The notes beneath the pieces are model-generated. The model saw nothing but the letters and a program-made list of their open reading frames with translations. It was not told the DNA's origin and did no database searches. A DNA stretch of 64,000 nucleotides, taken from positions 31,641 to 95,640 of the forward strand of contig CAZAAH010000002.1 in assembly GCA_964483475.1 (NCBI GenBank). The letters run 5' to 3'. Source of the DNA: an uncultured Candidatus Saccharibacteria bacterium. GTDB lineage: Bacteria; Patescibacteriota; Minisyncoccia; Minisyncoccales; Staskawiczbacteraceae. The translations under genes were made by a program, and so were the position numbers. Below, piece after piece: positions 10,516 through 20,407 of this stretch (positions within the stretch are counted from its first letter, which is position 1; each line of letters starts with the position of its first letter).

Positions 10516-10623
10516 TTTTGTCCCTTTCCCTAGAAAATTGTGCAAGAACTACAACGATAATATTACCTACAATTTATAAAAAGTCAATTTATTTGCAAAA
10601 AAAATCCGCAAACTTATTTAAAT

Positions 10624-11136
10624 TCACGGACTGTTGCTTTTATGGGGAGCTTGGAGCTCGCGAAACTTTTCCACTGAATAAGTATTGTGAGTGCTTGGGT
10701 CATCGGGATTAAAAAGTGTGTTGGCCATTACCAATAACCCGCTGCCTTCTTCTCGGGCCTCATACGTGTGAAGAATGTATGGAGGCATCCAAACCCCAAC
10801 CTGTGAATTTAGCATAAAATCCCTTTTTTGGCCGAAAATATCTTCACAGGTCCAGAGAACACAACCTTCAATGGCAAAAACTATTTCTTCTCTAATTTTG
10901 TGAAATTCAGTGCCGCCAATTCTTCCTTTGGGCAACTGGCGGACAGTGTACACTCTTAATCCACGAATATCAGGGACCTTATCAATTTCTTCTTCATTAT
11001 AATCCAGGTAAACATCTTGTAGGTCACCAAGGGGCATTGAAAACATTACATTGAGTTTTCCGCCAGACTTTGTGTCCCAAGGGCCACGACATGTCATCGG
11101 TTGAATATCTCTCACAGCCCACAAACGATTCCTCAT
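10624..11136 (-). CDS. Cupin-fold protein, WxcM/FdtA-like sugar ketoisomerase candidate
   Basis: The track ORF starts with TTG at 11151. The ATG at 11136 is preceded by AAGGGAGAA. The cupin core is GGTEFHKIREEIVFAIEGCVLW...GVWMPPYILHTYEA. Confidence 0.45.
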   Translation of the reverse strand: MRNRLWAVRDIQPMTCRGPWDTKSGGKLNVMFSMPLGDLQDVYLDYNEEEIDKVPDIRGLRVYTVRQLPKGRIGGTEFHKIREEIVFAIEGCVLWTCEDIFGQKRDFMLNSQVGVWMPPYILHTYEAREEGSGLLVMANTLFNPDDPSTHNTYSVEKFRELQAPHKSNSP

Positions 11137-11162
11137 TTTTCTCCCTTTCAAAGAACTTCTAC

Positions 11163-11185
11163 AAAAAAACTATCCAATCGGATAG
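11163..11185 (-). terminator. Rho-independent terminator after the transketolase pair
   Basis: On the minus strand the hairpin ctatcc-gatt-ggatag (6 bp) is followed by ttttttt. It lies 30 nt after the stop at 11216. Confidence 0.6.
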
Positions 11186-11215
11186 CCTAACATTTTATTT
11201 GAATTTGGTCAAATT

Positions 11216-11719
11216 TTAGAGGCGTATGTATGCAGATTTTGGATTGTTATAAGTTTTAATGATTGTTTCTTTGACTTCCCCTAGAGATTTTGGAATATAA
11301 CAATCAAGGCCGATATTTTTACAAAAATCTGCGTCCTCGTTTTCATGTAAAAGATTATGGGAAAATCCTAAAAATTTATAAGAAGATGAGCCTTTGACGC
11401 CGATTATTTTAACGTTGGCATTGTGTTTTACCACTCCGTTTCTGACCATTTCGGCTGGTCTGAAAAGAGCGAAGTTGATCATTGAGTATAGGTAGGGTTT
11501 AAATCCGTCCAACGCCAACGCAGAAGCGATAATCATTGAGCTGGCCTCGGTGACTCCGAAATTAAAAAACCTGTCCGGAAATTTTTCTGAAAACTTTTCC
11601 AGGTAATTGAAACCTACATCACAAGCAATTAAAATTACTGTTTGGTCATTCTCGGCAAGCTCTATTAAGGTATCAATAAATACCCGCCTGTTGTCTTGTT
11701 GTTTTACAATTTCACCCAT
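11216..11719 (-). CDS. Transketolase-like subunit, Pyr domain only (C-terminal domain absent)
   Basis: 167 aa with a Pyr-domain segment FNFGVTEASSMIIASALALDGFKPYLYS. The ORF ends just before a terminator, so the usual transketolase C-terminal domain is missing. Confidence 0.7.
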   Translation of the reverse strand: MGEIVKQQDNRRVFIDTLIELAENDQTVILIACDVGFNYLEKFSEKFPDRFFNFGVTEASSMIIASALALDGFKPYLYSMINFALFRPAEMVRNGVVKHNANVKIIGVKGSSSYKFLGFSHNLLHENEDADFCKNIGLDCYIPKSLGEVKETIIKTYNNPKSAYIRL

Positions 11720-11743
11720 AAAACGAGATTTAAGATTTATGAT

Positions 11744-12514
11744 TTAAGAATTTTGCAGCTCTTCCAACGCCCTATTATGTTCATCTTCTGAAATTTGTTT
11801 GTAATGGTACATATTATTTTCTTCCATAAAACTTACTCCTTTTCCTTTTGTGGTTTTTGCGATGATAACCAGCGGCTTTTGGTTTTTTGTTTTTATTGCT
11901 TTTTCAATTTCTTGAAAATCATGGCCGTCAATTGCCTTTACATCCCAGCCGAAAGATTGCCATTTTTCGGCCAGTGGCTCAATATTTAAAATTTCATTTG
12001 TTTTTCCCATCGCCTGAAATTGATTGCAGTCCACAATAACTATTAAATTGTTTAAATTATGGTGGTTGGCAATCATGGCGCTTTCCCAGGTCATGCCAAT
12101 TTGCATTTCCCCGTCCGACATAATCACAAAAATCTGACCTTCTTCCTTTTTTAATTTTTTAGCAAGAGCAAAACCCGTTCCAGCTGGTAACCCCATCCCC
12201 ATGCTTCCACCGGCAAAATCGATCCCTTTTACGGAAGGCTCAACCAGACCGATATATTTTGAATCACCCTGGCAAAACGAATCCAAATCTTCCTTTGGAA
12301 TAACTCCTTTCTCCGCTAAAAAATAATAAGCGGTGGCGGCCGCCCAGCCCTTGCTCCAAATTATTTTATCCTTTGACAAATCAGAATTTTCATATAAAAC
12401 CGCCGCAATATCCACGCAACTAAAATTACTTCCAATATGAGAGGTCTGCGCTTTGTAAATCATCTCAAGAGTTTTCAGTCTGGCGTTTTTTGCAATTTCT
12501 GAATAATTAGGCAT
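11744..12514 (-). CDS. Transketolase N-terminal (ThDP-binding) subunit
   Basis: 256 aa with segments SHIGSNFSCVDI, GSMGMGLPAGTGFALA, VIMSDGEMQIG and NLIVIVDCNQFQ. Confidence 0.8.
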   Translation of the reverse strand: MPNYSEIAKNARLKTLEMIYKAQTSHIGSNFSCVDIAAVLYENSDLSKDKIIWSKGWAAATAYYFLAEKGVIPKEDLDSFCQGDSKYIGLVEPSVKGIDFAGGSMGMGLPAGTGFALAKKLKKEEGQIFVIMSDGEMQIGMTWESAMIANHHNLNNLIVIVDCNQFQAMGKTNEILNIEPLAEKWQSFGWDVKAIDGHDFQEIEKAIKTKNQKPLVIIAKTTKGKGVSFMEENNMYHYKQISEDEHNRALEELQNS

Positions 12515-12518
12515 ATGA

Positions 12519-13109
12519 TTATGTAAAAATTTTAACCACGGTTAAAAAAATAATTTTCAAATCCACCCAAAAATTTCTTTCTTTGACATATTTCATTTGA
12601 AGACGGATTTTTTCCGGCCGTATTTTTTCCATGTATGCTTTTTCGGGATCAGCCGAGCCTTTTAAAATTTCGCCCTCGTGGAAATTCCACAAAGAAGCAA
12701 AATCGGTCATTCCTGGTCTCAATGACAAGATAACATTTCTTTCTTCATCTGTCATCATATCAACATACATTTTTACTTCTGGGCGCGGCCCAACAAAGCT
12801 CATATCCCCCTTTAACACATTAATTAATTGAGGTAGTTCGTCAAGCTGGTATTTTTTTAAAAATTTTCCAATGTTGGTCAAACGCGGGTCGTCAGCCGAG
12901 GTTGAAGGCCCGCCGATTTTATCAGCATTGACAACCATGGTCCTGAATTTAAACATTTTAAAAAGCCTGCCCCCCTTCCCAATTCTTTGACCCAAATAAA
13001 AAACCGGCCCCGGCGCAGTCAGTTTCATTAAAAAAGCAACAACGGCAATTATGGGAAGAACAATAATCAGTCCGATAAAAGAAAATACAATATCAAATAA
13101 TCTTTTCAT
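12519..13109 (-). CDS. Initiating phosphoglycosyl transferase (Bac_transf, PglC/WbaP-C type)
   Basis: 196 aa with a single N-terminal TM helix, then PGPVFYLGQRIGKGGRLFKMFKFRTM and DELPQLINVLKGDMSFVGPRP. Confidence 0.85.
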   Translation of the reverse strand: MKRLFDIVFSFIGLIIVLPIIAVVAFLMKLTAPGPVFYLGQRIGKGGRLFKMFKFRTMVVNADKIGGPSTSADDPRLTNIGKFLKKYQLDELPQLINVLKGDMSFVGPRPEVKMYVDMMTDEERNVILSLRPGMTDFASLWNFHEGEILKGSADPEKAYMEKIRPEKIRLQMKYVKERNFWVDLKIIFLTVVKIFT

Positions 13110-13873
13110 TTTTTTCTTAGTATAAAAACTATTTTAAAAGAATATTTTTTCAGAAATGGAAAAGTTTTTAATAAAATATGATCTAAACTTTCTAAAGACT
13201 TTAGAAGAATTTTTCCTCCTGACCAATTTAAAAAAGGGAAAACCGGCCAGGAAATAATATGGTAAAAACGCAATTCAACAATGTCAAAAGATCTTTTGAC
13301 AACATCCAGGTCATCCAATTTAAAAATATGGCTCTCTGCCCAAGCCGTTCTTTTGCCTAAAATTTTATTGATTTTTCTTTTAAAATTTGCCAAGGGATTG
13401 TGGCCCAAAGTTTCAATGCCAATCAACATTCCTCCGGATTTTAAAATCCGATGAATCTCTTTTAAAGCATTGTTCAAATCTAGAGAAGAAAAAGTGCCTC
13501 CGTCAAAAACTGTGTCAAAAAATTCTCCTTGAAATTCAGTTTTTTCACAGTCTCCCAAAACGAGTTTAACATTTTTTAAATTTTCAGACTCAATTCTTTT
13601 TTCGACTATTCTAAGGGAATTTTGAGAAAGATCAATTCCCGTAACCTCTTTAAAAGATTTTGAAAGCCAGGGTAAATGGACGCCCGTCCCGCATCCATAA
13701 TCCAAAACATTTTTATTTTCGTTTCCATTTTGCAAAAAGTTTTTTAAAAATTGGTAGCTTTCCAGCAAAAACAAATCAAAACTAGATGAGCTTCCCAACT
13801 CTTTTTTGAAATCACCCGCCTGGCCGGCTTCTCTATCATAATATTTAATTTCTATTAATTTTCTTTCTTCCAT
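13106..13873 (-). CDS. Class I SAM-dependent methyltransferase
   Basis: 255 aa with SAM motif I VLDYGCGTGVH and the post-I segment LKSGGMLIGIE. Confidence 0.7.
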   Translation of the reverse strand: MEERKLIEIKYYDREAGQAGDFKKELGSSSSFDLFLLESYQFLKNFLQNGNENKNVLDYGCGTGVHLPWLSKSFKEVTGIDLSQNSLRIVEKRIESENLKNVKLVLGDCEKTEFQGEFFDTVFDGGTFSSLDLNNALKEIHRILKSGGMLIGIETLGHNPLANFKRKINKILGKRTAWAESHIFKLDDLDVVKRSFDIVELRFYHIISWPVFPFLNWSGGKILLKSLESLDHILLKTFPFLKKYSFKIVFILRKK

Positions 13874-14853
13874 AAAATTAATTTAATGATGCCCACTAAC
13901 GAGCCAAATCCATAACCGAAGTTTCTGATGAAAAAAGCTATTAGCATGGTAAATAAAAAATTAATATTTTTTTGCTCTAAGGCAATGATCAAAGAAAATA
14001 ATAACGTTGTAAAAATATAAAGTCCCAATAAAGATAAAAACAAAAAAAGCATAACTTTTGAAAAGAAACTCAAAATGAGCAATAAAAAAAATAAAGAAAT
14101 AAATAAAAGCAACGCATAGTGCCTCGGAGCAAAGGGCTTGGTAAATTTGAGAGGCAAAATGGCCCACTGGCCGTCCATAAAATTATGCCTTAAAAATTCT
14201 TTGAAGGTTGATTTTGGATAGTAGTAGCTTATTATATCTGGCACTAAAATTATTTTGCCTCCGGCCCTTTTTAATCTTAAGTTAAAATCCAAATCCTGGC
14301 TCCTGATTAAATGTTCGTTGAAAAAACCGATCTTATCAAAGACTTCCCTTTTGTAGCAGCCTCCAAAAACGGTATCAACCGATATGAGTTTTTTTGAGCC
14401 CCTCCTAAAATAAGAATTTCCAACCCCAAGGCCGTGGCTCATGCAAAGTGCAATGGATTTTGCCACTAAGCTCTCGTTGATTGGAATAGTTTTCATTAAA
14501 CCGCCGACGTTATCAGCGCCAGATTCATTTAAGTATTTGACGCATTTTGAAACATACTCTTTTTGGTAGAAAGCGTGGGAGTCAACCCTGATGATAATAT
14601 TTCCCCTGGATTTTTTAATGGCGATGTTTAAGGCAGAGGGCGTGTATTTTTTTGGATTATCCAATAATTGAATGTATGGATAACTTTTTTGGTACTCTTT
14701 TATGATTTCTCTGGTACCGTCTTCTGACATTCCATCAGCAATCAAAAATTCCATGTTGTCTTTTGGATAATCTTGCTCAACCATTGAATCCAAAAACTTT
14801 TTGATATACTCTTTTTCATTCCTACAGGGAGCTATAATTGAAACAAAATCCAT
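13855..14853 (-). CDS. Family 2 glycosyltransferase with C-terminal TM helices
   Basis: 332 aa. The N-terminus is GT-A type (VSIIAPCRNEKEYIKKFLDSMVEQDY, ADGMSEDGT) and the tail is hydrophobic. Confidence 0.8.
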   Translation of the reverse strand: MDFVSIIAPCRNEKEYIKKFLDSMVEQDYPKDNMEFLIADGMSEDGTREIIKEYQKSYPYIQLLDNPKKYTPSALNIAIKKSRGNIIIRVDSHAFYQKEYVSKCVKYLNESGADNVGGLMKTIPINESLVAKSIALCMSHGLGVGNSYFRRGSKKLISVDTVFGGCYKREVFDKIGFFNEHLIRSQDLDFNLRLKRAGGKIILVPDIISYYYPKSTFKEFLRHNFMDGQWAILPLKFTKPFAPRHYALLLFISLFFLLLILSFFSKVMLFLFLSLLGLYIFTTLLFSLIIALEQKNINFLFTMLIAFFIRNFGYGFGSLVGIIKLILWKKEN

Positions 14854-14867
14854 ATCATTATACCTAC

Positions 14868-15548
14868 TTACTTCTTTATAAAAAATAAATTGGTTTCCGT
14901 TGAATCCCTATAAACCAGTTCGTACCCTTTTTCTTCTCCTAATTTTTTGTAAGATTGGTAGGAGGCGCCAAAAGTTTTTCCAGTCGAGTCAACCCTAAAT
15001 CTATTAAAATCGGGTTCGTAGGGAACAATTTTTTCTTTTTCATATCCATAATTTGAATTATATTCAATAATCACCAGCTTTGGTCGTGATTTCACCGCCT
15101 TCCAAACCCAATAGTCCATTCCATCAATATCAATAGATAAAATATCAGGGTCACCGATAAAATTGTTGACATTTTCGGCATTTACAAAAGCTTCTATGAC
15201 TTTTACAGGATATTTTTTATAAAGTTTTTTAGCAAGTTTTACATAAATAGGGGCGCATTCAATAAGTCTTGCGCTCCACCCTTTATATATTAAATTCCTT
15301 GAATTGCATTCCCGCCCATCTTCTATCCCAATTTCAGTAATTTCTTTCTTGCCATTAATGCGATACAACTCAATAAGACGCATAATAACTCCGTCCTCGC
15401 CATTTTGGGAATATATTTTTTCTTCGTAATCAGCGAGAGTAACAGGGTTTGATTTTGGCTTTATGTCATTTTTTATAAAAAACCTTTTTATGTCTGAAAG
15501 AAAACGCCAAAGAAACGGATGCTTATTTTTTAGTGATTTCATTATCAT
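14868..15548 (-). CDS. FkbM-like methyltransferase candidate
   Basis: 226 aa. The pattern YSQNGEDGVIMRL, EIGIEDGRECNSRNL, LSIDIDGMDYWVW...VIIEYN resembles Methyltransf_21-type proteins, but the assignment is weak. Confidence 0.4.
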   Translation of the reverse strand: MIMKSLKNKHPFLWRFLSDIKRFFIKNDIKPKSNPVTLADYEEKIYSQNGEDGVIMRLIELYRINGKKEITEIGIEDGRECNSRNLIYKGWSARLIECAPIYVKLAKKLYKKYPVKVIEAFVNAENVNNFIGDPDILSIDIDGMDYWVWKAVKSRPKLVIIEYNSNYGYEKEKIVPYEPDFNRFRVDSTGKTFGASYQSYKKLGEEKGYELVYRDSTETNLFFIKK

Positions 15549-16788
15549 AACTATTCATTTTATTAATTTTGTACAGATAAAACAATGTTAAGGCAGTAAA
15601 AAACCAATAAACTTCGTCTAATTTAACTACAGAAAAAACATCGTTAGGAATTGCCATAACCAGCATTGAAATGGTTGCAATAAACAATCCTGCCGATAGT
15701 CCCCTTCCATAAAAGTTATTTTTATCTCTCATTCCCCTCCAAGAAATAACTAAAATTGAAGTAATTAACCACCCAAAAATAAGCAACCCTATTAATCCTC
15801 TTTCCAAAAAAACCCTCATGTATTGGCTGTGAGACTCTCCGACAATTCCAAAACCAAGAAATAAGTTTATCGGAGAAGATTCAAATATTTTTGAAAAATT
15901 ATGTTTTAAAATACCTATTCTTGAAACAGGATTACTAGAGCCATACTCAAAAAGTAATTTTGTTTTTGAAATTTTACCAGCAAGGTTAAACATATACAAT
16001 AACTGAAAAGTAATAATAGTCGCTAAAAAAACCATTAATAATACTTTAAAAACTCTAATGATATTAATTTTATGAGAAAAATATATTAGCAAAGATAAAA
16101 TAATTGAAAGTAAAAAACCTGCTATCGCCGTATAAGATCCTGAAGAAAAAACCCCAAAAATCGGCGCGATGCATAATATAAAAAGACAGATTTTTTTAGT
16201 TTTTGAGATTTTTAATTTGCTGTAATAAAAAAGAAAAAGATTGAACAGGAAAATGAAGACCATTAAAAAAAATCCTCCACTGGGAAAGGGCCCTTTTGGT
16301 TCTGCAAAAATATCTGGACCATAGTAAGTTGACCACGACACTTTATTTAAAAACACATATATTAGCCAAACAATGTTAACCAAATAAAAAATAATCCAGT
16401 ACTTTATCAGTTTTTCACTATCTCTTATTTCTTTTACACAATAAAAAACAAGGAAGAAAATACAAAAAAATTCTATTTCTTTCAGAAAATAGAAAAATGT
16501 AATAGCCGAATTACCACTGAAAATTAAAAAATTTACTAAAATGCTTAAAAATCCAAATAAGATCCAAGCTACTATTGGCCAAAATAATGGAGGTTTTTTA
16601 AAACTTATTCTACCTGACGCAATAAAATATATTACAACAAAAATTATTCCTAAAAAAATTAAAATATCCTCAACTCTTATATCAACACTTCTTTGAGTTG
16701 ATGGTAAATATCCTAAAGATAATCTTGGCGAAAAACAAATGGCAGCAATAAACAAAATCAAAAATAAATAGATTATTTTCTTAGCCAT
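15523..16788 (-). CDS. Wzy-type polymerase / O-antigen-ligase family membrane protein
   Basis: 421 aa and polytopic, with a Wzy_C-like loop GFGIVGESHSQYMRVFLERGLIGLLIFGWL. Confidence 0.6.
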   Translation of the reverse strand: MAKKIIYLFLILFIAAICFSPRLSLGYLPSTQRSVDIRVEDILIFLGIIFVVIYFIASGRISFKKPPLFWPIVAWILFGFLSILVNFLIFSGNSAITFFYFLKEIEFFCIFFLVFYCVKEIRDSEKLIKYWIIFYLVNIVWLIYVFLNKVSWSTYYGPDIFAEPKGPFPSGGFFLMVFIFLFNLFLFYYSKLKISKTKKICLFILCIAPIFGVFSSGSYTAIAGFLLSIILSLLIYFSHKINIIRVFKVLLMVFLATIITFQLLYMFNLAGKISKTKLLFEYGSSNPVSRIGILKHNFSKIFESSPINLFLGFGIVGESHSQYMRVFLERGLIGLLIFGWLITSILVISWRGMRDKNNFYGRGLSAGLFIATISMLVMAIPNDVFSVVKLDEVYWFFTALTLFYLYKINKMNSYDNEITKK

Positions 16789-17624
16789 TTTCTTTTGAAA
16801 AGCAATAATATTTTCCAGGGATAAAAAAGGGCCAAATTTGCAAAAACAGACCTTGGGAATGAAGGCTTGATTAATTTGCCTCTAGACAGCAAATAATTTG
16901 ATTCTCTTAAAGTCATTCCATTCAGCAATCCCCCGGCCAGCTTCAAATTCCTATTTTTTTCAACTTTAAAATAATCCTGGCTTTTTTTAGGATAAGGGTG
17001 GTTTTGGTGGACAATGTTAATTTCTTGAGTAGCATCAATGACAGGAATTTTCAAAATTCTTGATTTATATACCAGCCAGCTGTCCATTCCCGGTCTGCCG
17101 ATAACAAATGGAGGAACTTTAAAATCCAGTTTTTTAGGAAACATCCAATAGTCCATTCCAGAATATCCGTGGAGTTGACCTTCTCTTTTTGCCTTCTCAA
17201 AAACTTTGACGTGCCACTGAGGGTCGCTAAAATCTAAAGTTTCATTAAAATCCAAATTCCATCGACGCCCCGACATAAAAAAATTATTATCCCCTAAAAT
17301 ATCTTTAACCATCTTTACTCCATTTAGAAAACTTGGAGTCAGTATAATATCGGCATTAACCTGGCAGATTATATCATTACTTGAATGGGCAATGACTTTT
17401 TCAAAAACACTGCTAAGTAAAGGTGTACCGAACTCGTTGCATTTGGCATCTTCAATACATTTTAACCCAAACTCCCTGGCAATTTGTGAGGTTGTTTTTT
17501 CTTCATCTTCAAGTAAAACTACCTCAATGCCAGAGCCAATATTCAGCCAGCTTTTTATGGCATTCATTTGAATGTTGTAAAAAACATCTTTGAACGGCCT
17601 TGGATTGGAAAAAATAGTTATCAT
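16773..17624 (-). CDS. Hypothetical protein, possible GT-A-like glycosyltransferase
   Basis: 283 aa and soluble, with N-terminus MITIFSNPRPFKDVFYNIQMNAIKSW. No firm family was recognised; the suggestion rests on context only. Confidence 0.3.
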   Translation of the reverse strand: MITIFSNPRPFKDVFYNIQMNAIKSWLNIGSGIEVVLLEDEEKTTSQIAREFGLKCIEDAKCNEFGTPLLSSVFEKVIAHSSNDIICQVNADIILTPSFLNGVKMVKDILGDNNFFMSGRRWNLDFNETLDFSDPQWHVKVFEKAKREGQLHGYSGMDYWMFPKKLDFKVPPFVIGRPGMDSWLVYKSRILKIPVIDATQEINIVHQNHPYPKKSQDYFKVEKNRNLKLAGGLLNGMTLRESNYLLSRGKLIKPSFPRSVFANLALFYPWKILLLFKRKWLRK

Positions 17625-18520
17625 ATTAATTTCTCTTCTTTTAGTCTCTTTGTCAGGCCTTTTTCTAAATCATATTCCGGCTTCCAGCCTACTGCCTCTT
17701 TCAATTTTGTGTAATCTAAGCAGTATCTTTTTTGTTCTCCGGGTTTTTCTGGTAAGTAGTTTGGTTTTGCCTCTTTGCCAAGCAAGATTGCCAAGGTGTT
17801 ATAGAGTTCATTGAGCGTCGTTTCCCTGCCGGTTCCGACATTAAAGATAGGACTTTCAACTTCATCCTTCACATTCAGAGCCAAAAGATTGGCTTTCACA
17901 ACGTCGTCAATATAGACGTAGTCTCGGGTACTTTCTCCATCACCAAATATATCAGCTTGCTCACCCGAGGCTAGCTTAGCAATGTAGTCTGACATGGCCC
18001 CCCTTTTCTGCCGGGGGCCGTAGACAGTTGCATAGCGCAAAACAACATAGGAAATTCCATACATTCTTTTGATATAGGCCAACTGCTGCTCTAGGATACT
18101 TTTGGTAATCATATAAGGAGTAATAGGAAAAACGGGTTCGGATTCGGGAGTGGGAACTACCTTAGCATTTCCATATAAAAACCCTGATGAAGAAAAAATA
18201 ATTTTTCTTACCCCATACTTTCTGCATTGCTCTAACAGGTTCATTCCTCCTAGTATATCTTTTACATCCATTACAGGACCCTTGATCATGCCATGGTTGG
18301 CGCTGAATGCAAAGTGATAAACTGCCTCTGGCTTTTCTTTTTTGAATACTTGTCCTAATTCAGCGCTTTCCAAAGAAATTGGATGATAAGCTATCTTAGC
18401 ATTGGCTGGCAAAGGCGCCGTATCAACTATGGCCACCTTGCCTCCCTTATCAAGAAGAGCATTCGCCGTATGACTTCCAATAAATCCACTTCCTCCAACA
18501 ACTAAAAACTTTTTATACAT
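17621..18520 (-). CDS. NAD-dependent sugar epimerase/dehydratase (extended SDR)
   Basis: 299 aa with VVGGSGFIGSH and YMITK (YxxxK). Confidence 0.8.
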   Translation of the reverse strand: MYKKFLVVGGSGFIGSHTANALLDKGGKVAIVDTAPLPANAKIAYHPISLESAELGQVFKKEKPEAVYHFAFSANHGMIKGPVMDVKDILGGMNLLEQCRKYGVRKIIFSSSGFLYGNAKVVPTPESEPVFPITPYMITKSILEQQLAYIKRMYGISYVVLRYATVYGPRQKRGAMSDYIAKLASGEQADIFGDGESTRDYVYIDDVVKANLLALNVKDEVESPIFNVGTGRETTLNELYNTLAILLGKEAKPNYLPEKPGEQKRYCLDYTKLKEAVGWKPEYDLEKGLTKRLKEEKLI

Positions 18521-19442
18521 TTAAGTAGTGGCCTCGGTCGTCTAAAACCAGAAAAGCTCTTAATAATGCATCAATGCCTTCATCTAAAGATACTTTGGTA
18601 AAAAATCCCTCATCATTGATTTTTTTGTAGCTAACTTCGTAATCTCGCTTGTCTTCATCGGTTCCAACCTCAGCATATTCAACTTGGCAATTAGTTTTCT
18701 TTTTTATAATTTCGCAAATGCCCTCTTTGCTATAGTTTAAGCTTTCTGAACCAACATTAAAGACTTGGTTTTTCATTTTCTCAAAATTATCTTGAGCAAA
18801 AATTATGGCTCTGGCCATATCGGAAACATTAATAAACGTTCTTTTAAAGTTTTTTTCATAAACCGTAAGATGTCCTTTTGTAAAAGCCTTATAGGTGAAA
18901 TCGTTAATCAATAAATCTAGCCTTAACCGGGGCGAAACTCCAAAAGCTGTGGCAAACCGATATATTACCGTATTATTCCGTTTTAACAGCAGTTCTTCTG
19001 CCTCAGTTTTTGTCTTCCCATATAAACTTAGGGGACGCAAAGGTGTCTCTTCAGTACAGATATCGTTTACCGCTCCATAATTGCTTCCAGTGGAAGCAAA
19101 AATGATCTTTTGCTCTGGCAAGGAGGCTGATATGATATTCTTGGTTCCCCCCACATTTACTTGTTCAGCTAAATCGGGGTCTTTTTTGCATGCTGGATAA
19201 CCAACAATAGCAGCCAAATGTATGATAAAATCCTGGCCTTCAAGCGCTTTTTTAACTTGAACTGCATTTCTAATATCCCCTTTCTGGAACTCAAAATTAT
19301 TATTCTCAAAAAAACCGAGGAGATGATTTCCTCCATACATTAGGTTATCAAACACCCTTACCCGATGACCTAAATTTAATAATTGAAGTACAAGAGCGCT
19401 CCCAACATATCCAGCTCCGCCCGTAATTACGATTTTTGCCAT
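18513..19442 (-). CDS. NAD-dependent sugar epimerase/dehydratase (extended SDR)
   Basis: 309 aa with ITGGAGYVGSAL and YGKTK (YxxxK). Confidence 0.8.
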   Translation of the reverse strand: MAKIVITGGAGYVGSALVLQLLNLGHRVRVFDNLMYGGNHLLGFFENNNFEFQKGDIRNAVQVKKALEGQDFIIHLAAIVGYPACKKDPDLAEQVNVGGTKNIISASLPEQKIIFASTGSNYGAVNDICTEETPLRPLSLYGKTKTEAEELLLKRNNTVIYRFATAFGVSPRLRLDLLINDFTYKAFTKGHLTVYEKNFKRTFINVSDMARAIIFAQDNFEKMKNQVFNVGSESLNYSKEGICEIIKKKTNCQVEYAEVGTDEDKRDYEVSYKKINDEGFFTKVSLDEGIDALLRAFLVLDDRGHYLNV

Positions 19443-20407
19443 TAATTTTTATTTTTAACGTTAGTTAAATACCACTCGATGGTTTTTTTCAACCCATCTT
19501 TAAAATCAGTTTGCGGCTCCCAATCAAACACTTCTTTCATCTTTTTATTATTCATAGTCTTCATTAAAGCTCCGTCTGGTTTTGAAGTATCAAAAACAAT
19601 TTTTCCTTGATAGCCAACTTCTTTTTTTATCACTTCAGCTAACTCTCCAATTGATATGCCCTTACCAACTCCAATATTAACAGGATCAATCATAAAAGGT
19701 AAATGAAGGCTTCTCACGATGGCTTCGGCAGCATCTTCAACGTAAAGCCATTCCCGAATTGGCTTTCCTGACCCCCAAACAATAACCTCCGGCTTGTCTT
19801 CTTTTTTAGCATCTACAAATTTCCTAACTAGGGCTCCTAGGGCATGAGATCTTACTTCATCAAAATGATCTGCTGGGCCATATAAATTAGGAAAAATAAG
19901 GTGGGTTGAATCAAAGTCATACTGTTTTTTATAGCTCCACCCCTGGACTAATCCGGCTTTTTTAGTAAAAGCATAGCTTAAGATTGATTCATGCATGGCG
20001 CCTGACCATAAATCTTTTTCACTAAAAAATGTCAAATCTCCAGGATAGACGCAGTTTGGAATAGGATTGATATATTTTTTAACTCCAGTTAATCTGGCAG
20101 CTTCCATTACATGAGCTAATATCAAAATATTATTGTAAAAAATTTCTCCGTGATGCTGACCAATAAATTGAATGCCGCCGACATAAGCTGCGCAGTTAAT
20201 GACCACATCAAATTTTTCTCTTTCCAAAAGTTCTTTTACTTTCTCAAAATCTCTGAAGTCGTATCCATCGGACATGGAATGAGACGCCACGTTCATATTC
20301 TTCTCCTTTAACTTTTTGACAACGTGTTGGCCCAAAAAACCATCTCCGCCAGCCACTAAAATTTTAAAATTATCTTGCATGTTATACATTGTCTTGATGT
20401 TTGCCAA
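19442..20407 (-). CDS. fcl: GDP-L-fucose synthase-like epimerase/reductase
   Basis: 321 aa with GGDGFLGQHV, VINCAAYVGGI and YAFTKK. It is adjacent to a Gmm-like Nudix gene. Confidence 0.65.
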   Translation of the reverse strand: MANIKTMYNMQDNFKILVAGGDGFLGQHVVKKLKEKNMNVASHSMSDGYDFRDFEKVKELLEREKFDVVINCAAYVGGIQFIGQHHGEIFYNNILILAHVMEAARLTGVKKYINPIPNCVYPGDLTFFSEKDLWSGAMHESILSYAFTKKAGLVQGWSYKKQYDFDSTHLIFPNLYGPADHFDEVRSHALGALVRKFVDAKKEDKPEVIVWGSGKPIREWLYVEDAAEAIVRSLHLPFMIDPVNIGVGKGISIGELAEVIKKEVGYQGKIVFDTSKPDGALMKTMNNKKMKEVFDWEPQTDFKDGLKKTIEWYLTNVKNKN

